The notes below the pieces were generated by a model. That model did no database searches, had not been told where the DNA came from, and saw only the letters and a program-made list of their open reading frames with translations. From Yuukianura sp. NJ FZ-2021 (Eukaryota), in assembly GCA_046563655.1 (NCBI GenBank), contig CM102285.1, positions 14,446,001-14,510,000 on the forward strand: 64,000 nucleotides of DNA. Reading direction: 5' to 3'. Positions 14,604 through 25,175 of the stretch are shown one piece after another; within the stretch, counting starts at the first letter, position 1, and every line of letters begins with the position of its first letter. The position numbers were made by a program, and so were the translations under genes.

Positions 14604-16913
14604 ATGAAAATTAATGGTCGGAGGTAAATTTTTTCATTTTTGAAATTTGACCTTTCAGTGACCTTACGGCTGAAATGAAGCGGAAAGCAAAACAGCAAGA
14701 AAGAGCGGAAATTTTGGAAAAATTGAGATTAGATTTGGAAAAAATCGTGAGATTTCAAAGAGCCAAAGCCAATTGGATTCGACTGATAAATAGAGTTCTC
14801 GTAAGACATTTTCAAAAAAAATATGCAAAAATGAAAGAAAGTAGTTTTTAAAAATTTTGAAAAGGTCTTGGGCAGAAGACAAACTACGCTGAAAAAAGCT
14901 GTTAAATGGATTTTGCGAGAGATGGAGCTGAAGAGAAGCGGAAAAGAAGTGAAATACATTCGGAAAATCCTGAACAGTTACAGCATGGAATGTGTTTTCA
15001 CTGTTTCAAAAATGGCAGCAGTGCGCAGACGTCAGGACAAAAGTGACCGTGACCGTCTTGCCGACATTTTACTTAATACCGTACCGCCGGAAACACTGGA
15101 ATACCGGTACGCCAAACCGACTTTGTATGAACGGCTCATGGGCAAAGGAAGTCCGGTTCCGGAAGTAGACAAAGCTTTTATGGTCATGCGTATAAAGAGA
15201 CATCTTGGTAAGTTCAAAATTTCAGTTTTTAAATAAAAGAAGTTAGAAAAGTGAAAAATCTGCAAGTGTTTGTTTAAATTTTGAAATCTTAGGGTTAGAT
15301 TTTTCAAAAGACTCCGAAACTTGGTTGCGCCTGACGCGCGAGCTGGACGAAAAACGCCATCGTCATTCCGTTTTTCAAGAAGAACCGCCCGTAGAATTTT
15401 TCTTTGACCACGGTCCATCCACAATCCGTGTGATCATGTTCAAGGGTAAAGATCACTCCATATTACGCAACCTTCAACACCCCCATCCACCTTTAGTTCA
15501 AGTCCCGCAGCGTCAAATTCGTCAACGTGCAGGTCGTGCATTGTGGACTTACTTGAAAAATATCGTCGTTTTGGAGATGCGGAAAATAGATGCTAAGAAA
15601 TCCAGATCGAATCGGTCCGTACGTATCGCCAAAACTCCGACAAAACCGAAATTCGCGTCGTCAAAAGTCGCTCCTGCTCCTAATAGCGCGAAATCGTCAA
15701 AGTCAAAAGTCGCTTTTGCTGCTCCTAGCTTGAAATCGTCAAAGTCAAAAGTCGCTCCTGCTCCTACTAGCACGAAGCCGTCAAAATCAAAAATCGCGCC
15801 TCCCGCGCGTACGTTATTTTCAACATTTCAGCAGTGGTACTTCAATTGCGACCCACGTCGGTACAAAATCTCACGGAAAAATACTTTTCTGATGGCAATT
15901 TTGGATAAAACCGGGTTTAAAGAAGACGTCAAAAATCGTTTCGCGCTTATTCTTCCCCCCGAAGGCGCGTATAGGCCTCCAGAAGAAGTTGTAGCCTACA
16001 ACGCCCCAGGCGTTTACGAAGTCACTTATGCTCGTCTTAAGCCTTACTATGACGCTATGGCCTTGGAACAAGAATACCGGGAGAGATTCGACCAAGGTCA
16101 AGAGTTGACCCAGTCAAGGTCAATGACCTCTACTGCTAATGTGGCCGAAACTAACAGAGTCAGAGACCTTCGGCTACCGAGGATTCGCCAAGTTCCGGGA
16201 AAAGGGCGTTCGGACGTTGACGCTCCGAAGGCGCGAAGAAACGAAACAGCTGATTCTGGGAGAACCACCGAAGTTAGATTTTCGGATAGCGCGGTTTCGG
16301 ACAGGAAAAAGAGAGAAGTGACGATAGAACTGCCTGGAGGTGTCCAAACCCTGTATACTGATTCTTTTGTATCGACGTCTGCTATTGGTCGACGCGCCCT
16401 CCACCCGGGAGATGATGATTGGCTGGAACATCACATGATCAAAACAAGGTGGAAGTCTAAAGATTCCGTTGCCTCTATTGCTGAACTCGCTCGCACGAGG
16501 TCGCAAGTTTACTCTGAAAAGGCTATGGCCGCTTACCTTCAAGGAGAAAAAAGTAAAATGTCAAAACTTTTCAAAATCTTGGCATTTTATGAAAAAAATC
16601 GTTTTTTCTTGGAAAAGTTTCTATTTTTTCTTTAATTTTGAACAGTTAAGAAAAAGGGGCTCAATGAAGACGACGAGTTCTTCTACATCCGTGAAGGTGC
16701 GTTGATTCTTTGAAGTTATCAAAATGTTTTTTTTAAATTCAAAGTTTCAAAATTTTAATTTCAAAATTTCAATTTCAAAATTCTGTGGGAACAGGAAGAG
16801 GGCTAGTTGTAGAGCCGAGAAATGGGAGACAAGAGACCAGTGACACGGCAATTCCCTTCGGCTCTAAACTATTTCAACTATTTCCGAAAAAATCTAATAA
16901 CTTTAAAAAATAA
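14604..16913 (+). CDS. Uncharacterised Lys/Arg-rich protein (a separate gene, or a C-terminal extension of the SLC6)
   Basis: Phase-consistent exons of about 14604-14623, 14659-14800, 14865-15207, 15292-16552, 16646-16696 and 16795-16913, including the 436-aa ORF. No family recognised. Confidence 0.6.
15658..15805 (+). repeat. Coding tandem repeat, about 42-nt unit (SSKSKVAPAPxSxK-like), about 3.5 copies
   Basis: tcgtcaaagtcaaaagtcgct... is repeated; the translation is SSKVAPAPNSAK SSKSKVAFAAPSLK SSKSKVAPAPTSTK PSKSKIAPP. Confidence 0.8.
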
Positions 16914-16968
16914 AAAAATGTATTTAGAATAACTTATTTAATTGTTTTTTATATTATTTTAGTTACAT

Positions 16969-19900
16969 TTAATTTCCATGGAGCAATCTATTTTCCTCCA
17001 TGACCTGAGCCGTGACCGTCGCCAACTGCGGAGTTCCGCCTGTCACTTGGTCCAGTTTTTGTAAAATGCTTTGAAACTTTAGTGAAATGTCGCTTCTCTT
17101 CTGGTCACTTTGACCTCTGACCTCACTTTGACCTTTGACCTCAACTTGACCTTCACTTTCTGTGCTTTTGGTGGAACTTGAAAATGCTTTACGCATTTTT
17201 GAAATTGTTCCGATGGACAACCCCGGCGGATATTCAAAAGTGTAGAGAAGAATCGGTTGTGGTTCTTCCTTGGTCGATAGTAGACCAATCACGACGTAGT
17301 GGTCAAAGGGATGATACCTTAAAATATAATATATTATAGAAATTCATTATTTTTAATATATTAATTTAAATAATATAAGTTATTACGTCACACTAGACAC
17401 AACGCTGTTGGGATGATCTGCTGGATGGATTTGAGACAGCAGCCTGCCAGTATCAGCGTCCCAAATCAGCAGCGCTGAATTTTCGCTGCCGCTTAAAACA
17501 AGATTTCCACACGGACTGAGCACCGATTGCAAGCGGTACCTTAAGAATTGAAATTTTCAAAAAATTCGAAATTTTGAAAAAAAGTTTTTAGAAATTTCAA
17601 TTTTGAAAGACTGACCTTTCATTAGCAACTCCTTGAAAACTATTTAGAACCAGAAAAGTTTCAATGTCTAAGATTTTTAAACAATTTTGAGAAAGTTGCA
17701 CAAGAATTTTCCGTCCAGTGGAATCCAGACACAGAGAAGTAATCGCTCCATGTCCAAGCGATACCAATTTGGTTTCTCTAGAAGGTCAAAGGTCAAAGGT
17801 CAAATTTCAAAATTTTGAACTTTTTAAAAATTGTTGTTAAAAAAATGTTACTTTTCAAGTTTTGGCGGTTGTCTATGCTTTCCTTTAGACAATTGCCACT
17901 GACAAAGCGTTCCTTTTCCATCGCCACTAAATAAAACTTGGCCATTCGGATGAAATCGGACAGAGTTGATGTAACTGCGATGTCCATTTAACTAAAATTT
18001 TGAAAATTCAAAAACAAATTTTTCCAAATTTCAACTTTTTGAAAAGGGAAGTTTTGCACTTGCAAGAAAAATCGGAGCACTTTGTTCAATATTGACATCT
18101 TCACGTTCAATTGTGTTTTGCAGTTTCCAAATCCGGATGACCGAATCGTAGCACCCAGTTGCCAAAAACGATGGAACGATTGGTGAAAACTCCAAAGTGT
18201 AAACATACGTCGGATGAAGCAAAATTGCAATCGGTTTTACTCCGATTTCGATTTCTTCCAGTTCTAATTTCCAAATTCGCACAGTTGAATCTGCCGAAGC
18301 AGATCCAATTGTGTAACAATTTTCAGAAATCCGACTCCAGTCCAATTCGTAAATCAAGCCATGATGACCTCTCAGACTCTTCAGTAACTTCCCACTAGGA
18401 ATCTAAAAGAAAGCAAAGTTTCAAAATTTCAAAAAAAATCAAATTTTGAAAAATTTTACCAACCTCAAAAATTAGAACAACGTGGTAGCGCTCAGTGTCC
18501 AGCCCAGCTCCAAGCAGGGTTCCGCAAGGACTGAATTTTACACACTGAACGTTTCCCATTACACGAAAATTGAGCGAATCAATCTCAGATGCTGGAAGCG
18601 ATTTGAGAAGTTTGTTGGGCACTTTGCAACTTTGACCGGGAAAACGCTTCCACTGCGGTCCTTGTTTTCTGGTGACCTCTTGTGACTTTTGACCTTGACC
18701 TTGAGCCAGTTGACCTTCAATAAGAGCTTCAGTCAACTCACCTTTCTTCATGTTCAGCAGTGTGGATAAAGTGAACTTCGGAGACTTGTGTTCCGGTTCT
18801 GGCGGCAAAATTGACTTCAGAGTGACGTAAAGCGTCGAATTCAATTTTGACCACCGTTTGCTTCTCCACCATGCAAAAACCTAAAATTAAAATAACTTAT
18901 TAAACGTTAAGTTAGGTTTAGGTCTGCGGGAAAGCTGTGTCATTTTTTTGCCTTGGGTTTTGACTTTTTGACTCACATTTTGTTTTTGACCCGTGAAATA
19001 TTTTTTTTAAATCTATTTTTTGACTCTTTGTATAAATTTTGACATTGTACTTATGTTTTTGGTTTGATTTTTGATTTGATTTAAAATTGTTGACTTTGAT
19101 TTACATTTTGAGTTTTTGCCAATGTTTTGGCTGACTTACATTTAGACTTTTTGCCGATATTTTGACTTTGATTTACGTTTTCACTTTTTGCATATATTTT
19201 GACTTTGACTTACATTTTGACCTTTGGAGAAATCCGGTCGATAGAGTTGAAGTCTCAGTTTTCTGTTGACATGGCGTGTGCCGTGTACCCCCAGGGGTTT
19301 CAAAAATGCCCAACCAATTTTATGCCATCCAAGATCCTGTTGTTTTCTAGAAGGACGCTGCAGACTTTCGTGACCCATTGGCACAAAATCCATAATTTCA
19401 AAAAACAGGATCAAGGGGTCATCGGAGTTTAGAAATTTCTGAAGTGGTTCTGCCACCACAACCATTTCTTCCCACTTTGGCAGGAGGCGATACACTCCAG
19501 AACCACTGAGCAGTGATGGACGAGTCATGATTTGTTGGACACAATTTTTAGTCAGTGTAGGTTCGGAGTGACCTTGACCTTGACAACTTGACCTGACAAC
19601 GTAATGACCTTCCGGGGTCATCACTGTGATTCTGACAACGGGATGAGTAATATTTGGATCCGTGGGAAGCAAATCGGTGTGATGAATTTTGATTCCGAGA
19701 ATTTTTTCATTCGGGTCGAATTCCCCGGCTTTTTCGCGTCTTCGGAGATTTCGTTTTGCTGAAGGACTGGCGAGAACTGAAATCGTAGGAGGAGGAGCTA
19801 AAATTGGCGCAGCATCTTCACTTTCACTTTTTAGCGTTTCACTTTTGTCGTTCTTTGATTTTGATTTTCGAGGTTTTGTCGGTTCGATAACTTTCGGCGG

Positions 19901-21019
19901 AATTAGTTCCTTTTCGGTTTGTTTCGGCACAACTTCTTGAATACCGGTTTGTTTCGGAGATTCGCTCGGTACTTTTGATTTTTGAATGGTCTCAACTTTT
20001 TGAACTTTGAGTTCGGAACTTTTTGTTTCGGTTTTCTTTTTCTTCTTGACCTTTGACCTTGACTTTTTCACTTCATCTTCTACTGTCATGACACTTGCAA
20101 CCTCCGACCGTCTGACATGGTCCACCTCTTCAGAAAATTTCTCCACGTCGATATCCTCTTTCTCCTGAGAAGATTTTGTGAAACTTCCCGCCATTTTCTT
20201 GGTCCATTTTTTCAAAAGTGAGGGTTTGGCCTTGACCTTCTTGGAAATTTCTTCTGGCTCTTGACCTTGACCTTGATCTTCAGCCTTGACCTTGACCTTG
20301 GAATATGATGGAGTAGAATTGACAGTAATTGCCAAGTATTCATCCACTGGAGACTTCTCTTTTGCTGCTGATTCTAAGGAACGCAGTGATTCGTCTTCGG
20401 AAGTCACGCAGACTCGCTCGGGAGTGTCCGCTGGAACTCGGGAAGTCCAGTTGCTACGCCTTCTTTCTTTACCGGCCGAAATCGATTTTGAAATTGGACT
20501 TTCGGTCTGAAATAAAACAAAAGCAAAAAAATTTCGTTTGAAGATGTTGAAAATTCAATCAAGTTTTTTATTCACTTTGCTTCGATTGGCAGTCACGTCG
20601 CTTGCAGTTGAAATTGACGAAAGGGGCGTGGCTTGAGGTGAATTTGTGTAGCTAGAGTGAAATGGTGCCACAATGTCATCTTCAGCTGAAGATCCGTCAC
20701 CAGCTTCATACAATTCAGCTGTAGCGGTCACCATGGTCCGAGTTTGTGCTTGCGGTGACCTTTGACCTCTCAAAGTTTTTCGAAATCCTGAAACCGCTGG
20801 TGACTTTAACGTTGATACTTCAACTCCGTCTGCAAAATTGAAAAAAATTTATTTTACATCCAAAATTTTGAAAGTTTTTAGGTTAGCAGATGGATCCAGT
20901 TAGAAACTCTTGGTACCTGATGTAGAATTTGAATCTCTCTCCGGAATCATCACTTTTCTGCCCCTGCCGTGACCTCTTCGATTGACCTTGACCTTCACGG
21001 AATCCCCTGACTCTGACAT
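16969..21019 (-). CDS. AHI1: Jouberin (AHI1): C2-like domain plus WD40 repeats, ciliary transition-zone protein
   Basis: Exons of about 20917-21019, 20576-20829, 19214-20506, 18464-18880, 18058-18402, 17852-17991, 17616-17777, 17388-17539 and 16969-17317. Motifs ILGIKIHHTDLL..D..ITHPVVR, PKWEE, LFFEIMDF, GWHKIGWAFLKPLG..G..VNRKLRLQLY, STLYVTL, WKRFPGQSCKVPNK and LLHPTYVYT...LATGCYDSVIRIW match AHI1. Confidence 0.92.
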
Positions 21020-21172
21020 TTTAACTTTTAAGTGTCACACAACACAAAAATAAAGCGAAAAAAGAAGACAGTTTTATATAGTTTTATTAAAAAAAAATGA
21101 TTTTTTTAGAAACTCTGTTTCTCCTTTCTCAAGGTGCTCAAACTCCACCGAATTTTTGAATGTTTTCATTTT

Positions 21173-21186
21173 GTTACCATAGAGAT
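21173..21186. promoter_or_regulatory. RFX X-box motif upstream of AHI1
   Basis: GTTACC AT AGAGAT (reverse complement ATCTCT AT GGTAAC) fits the RYYNYY-AT-RRNRAC consensus and lies about 154 bp upstream of the ATG of a ciliary gene. Confidence 0.65.
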
Positions 21187-21476
21187 CTGTCAACAAATTC
21201 TCCAAAGTTCTGCGCAGGCTGGAAATCATTGAGCTAGTGACAGTGCTAATTTTTAACTGCCCAATGGGAAATGAATATTTAAATGGCTTTTAGCACTAAC
21301 TGTTAATGAAATGTTAGGTTAATTTTATATTGTTTATGAAATGACGGTCATTTTATGACATCTTAATGTCACTCTCATCATGGATTGTAAAATGTTACAA
21401 TCTACTACTGGATTTGTGAACAACTAACCAAATCTCCGGAGCTGATTCAAACTCAATTTTTTATTTTTAAACGGCC

Positions 21477-23452
21477 ATGTCGGTGTTATTCATTTTTCTA
21501 TCACTTTTAACTTTCTCCATCCAAGGAGATGGACCTGGTTGGATCACACTTTGTACAAAGTCATCGGGGTCACGCAAGGTCAATGCTGGTGGATGTCCAA
21601 GAGGAGTCGTCATGGACAGTCCACAGTTCGTCACTGCAGCTTGTGTCAACGGAGTCTGGATTCTGTCACTTGGGGACTGCGACCTTCAGCCAGTCGTTTT
21701 AGTCGGCAAAGGCAGCAATGACTGCTTCTCACTCGGAATTCAGGTATACACTTTAAAAATATTAAAATTTTGCCAAACTCATCTTGAAATTTTGAATTTT
21801 TTAACAAAGGTCAGCAAGGTCACGTTTTTAGGCAAACCAGGAGACGCTTTTGCTCCGACGGATTACGTTGGTCCGAGCACTTTTAGCGTTTTTTGGTCGC
21901 TCGCAGTTGGACAGAGCTCGTGCGACAAAAATTTTACGTCGCCTGGGCACGCCCTGGTTTCAATCAACTCAGAAAATGTCGTAGAAGTTGTTCAACCCAA
22001 CGGCGACATAAACTGTTGCTCCACCCCTTACGATTTGGCTCCTTCGCTGGACGCAATTCCTCCAGTGAGAATTTGCGTCGGACAAACTCTCCCTGGACAA
22101 TTTTTCCGCGTTCAAACTACGTGTACACAAACTCCTCCCGCAAAATCTCCCCGACCTTTGACCTCTCTGTTCCTTAACTACGGCGACGGAATTCGGATTG
22201 AACAAGGGAAACCAAGTGAAACTTTTTTCAGATTCCACGCTGATGCTAAAAGTCGACGCTGCGCAGATTCTCCTATGACGCTGGAAACAGATTGCTGCAG
22301 TGCTTTAGATTTTGAGGTCAATGACCTTGAAATGGCAACGGCCGAACAGAAGAGAATCGATGACCAAACACGTCGCGTTGCGACGAAGTACCTCCATTGG
22401 TCACTCGGCAAAAGAAAGGCCCCGCCCCTTGACCACTCGGAATTTGTTTACGTCCAGTTCGGACGACGAATCATGGGCCACGTTTGTCCAAAAGAAGAAT
22501 TTCCAGATCAGTTGTCACTAGGAATGCTTCAAATTTTTAAACTTTTGATTGCCGAAACGCTTCAAAATTCTCCGCTTGTCAGAAATTTTGAACAGAAGAG
22601 ACACGATTTCATCGTAGAAGCGCTAAAAAGCTGCTTAAAACATGCGAAAATGGGCAAAAGTTTGAAAATTAATTGGGGTAGTAGTGACGAAGTTTGTCCA
22701 GTAGATGTAAGAAATTTTTGGGAAGTAAAAAATTTGCAATTTTGTTAAAATGTGTTTTCAAAATTTTGAATTTTTGTTCAAACAGGTTCTGAGTGTAAGC
22801 AAAGGTTCAAAAGTTTATGCGGTGGAGACAAATTCAAATGAAACGCTTTTGTACAAAGTGCTTGACTTCCCGCTGGAGGTCATCTGGAAAATTATGACCT
22901 TCACGCACTACTTCTGTGCAAAAGAGTTTAGATCACATCCGGTAAGTATGATTTTTTTTCCTAAAAATTTTGAAATCGTTCTTTCATAAAAATTTTGAAA
23001 ATGGAATTTCGAATTTATTTTTTTGCACAGGTTGACCACTCCGCTCTTATGGTCAGTTTTGAATCCTTCTTCAACTCAGAACTGCTCAAACGGTGGGCCA
23101 ATCCTGGTCGGGCTTTTCAAATTCTGAAACTACTTTTTCCGACAGTCGATCTTCTTCGTGTTGCAACAACAATCGACGCATGCGTCAAGTTTGCCCAAAC
23201 TACTTCCGACTACAAGAAGTGGATTGAACGTCCTGTTCTGACTCCGCTTGGGTGAGTGAACTGCGAAAATCTTTTTTATTTTTTATTTACAATTTTGAAT
23301 TGTGAATTTTGAAAATTTTCAGGCCCAGACCAAAAAATTTCCTGGGACGAATCTGGAACAATTCAGCAATTTGCCTCAACTCGTACTGGGAAGCAAATTT
23401 CAATGACGATTCAATTTGCTTCCCATCCTACACCAACTTCTACAAACAATAA
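21477..23452 (+). CDS. Uncharacterised secreted Cys-rich protein
   Basis: Signal-peptide-like start MSVLFIFLSLLTFSIQG. Phase-consistent exons 21477-21743, 21810-22706, 22786-22941, 23031-23251 and 23323-23452. No family recognised. Confidence 0.7.
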
Positions 23453-25175
23453 ATTCGAAAATTTTTAAAAACAGAAAATAAATTAAAAAAACAATTGCAA
23501 TTTCCTCCAAAATACCTAGTATACTTTTTTTTTACACACCATCACACCTCCTACCTTTCTAGCGTATTACTTTTGGAAAAAGTCAAAAACCGAAAAAAGG
23601 GAAAAACAAAACAAAAAAAAACTACAAAACAAAATTTTTGCAACCCGTTTTACTTGGAGCAAATTCAAAAAGTAACAACTAACAAACTCAAAAAACAAAA
23701 TTTTAACCAAAATGAAGAACTGAAAAACAAAAGCTAGGGTAGACGAAACTTAGATTAAATCACAGAAACTGAGCACAAAAATGTACTCCAAGTATAAAAT
23801 TGTAAAGCCTTGATTTTGAGAACAAAGCAAAAAAAAAACTGTTGTTTCGTTTAAAAATTACACAAGAAGATGGCATCACTTTTCAGAATTTTTTCAAAAC
23901 AGACTCCATGGCTTATGATTTTAATTTTAAGAAAATTATGGCTCCTTAACATTAACTTTTGACTAAAATTTCTGAACTTTCTGAGTACATTTTTGGATTT
24001 CTGATGACACAAAAGACATAAACCTAACATTAAATTTTAAACGTTATGTTAGTTAAGTTAGTAATTGTGTTCAAGGAGATTCAAAGATTAACATTGAGTA
24101 AGTGACTTTTTCCTTAGACTCTAGACCTTACCTAAGCCATTTGACCTCTGACCTTTCTAACTCTACACTGACCTCTGACCTGAAATTTCTAAGTCTACTT
24201 TGACCCTATTGGTCTAAAGCTATGATAAACTACCGGAAGTGAGGTGTGATGTTGAAAGTAGTCTTGGAGTCGGCAGTTTTCTAGCAGTTTTTCAGACTAT
24301 GAGGTTAACTTGTTGCAAAAATTCCGTTCTTCCGCTTGTTTTAAGAGCGAGTCACAGGAAGTGAAGTACAAAACTAAAAAATGATAAGATCATGACACTT
24401 AACATTTAATTAACCTAGAATTAAATAAGTTAATTAATTAATTATTACAAAGGAGTATCAAAACATGGTCGCCCTGCTCCACGACGGTGGGTTTTTAAGT
24501 TGAACATTAAGAGAGAACTCGTGCCGTGCTTTTTTTTTTCTAAAATCTAAGAGTTAATTATTTCAAGCCCTTAGATTTAACTTCTTTTCGGAATAAGTCT
24601 CCACACGCATTAAATAAGTTAACACCTTAATTAATTAAAACTGAAAACTAATTAAGAGGCAAGAGTTTTACGAAGAGTCATCTTATGGGAATGACCAAAC
24701 ATTGTACATTTCCCGTTTCTACTGAGATTCACATTCTCCTTTGAAGAGATTCAACCTGAGAATTTCTTTTTTCATAATTAAGAAAGCATTTCTGCTAAAA
24801 ATGGAAAGGAAGACGTTAACCTACTTTAACTAATTCAACTAATTACTAAGTAATTCAAGTAATTAGCTATGAACTACCAAGTAATTACTTGTCCTAACTT
24901 ACTCAGTCCATATTTTAGCATTATAAAACTTAACTCTAGCATGAGGGGACTCCAACAATACTTTTTTAGGAATGTCAACACGGATAAAAAGAGGCAAGAT
25001 TCTTTTTGACTTTGGTAAGAAATAATATGAAGATCACTGGAATTTGACGACTTGAGGATTTGTGTTTTAGGATGATGAGATTCGTCTTCTCTGACTTGAG
25101 TTTATGACTTGGCTTGGTTGGATTAATGACTAAAGTGATCGAGTGACCCTTGACCTCTGCAAGGTCATTGACCTC

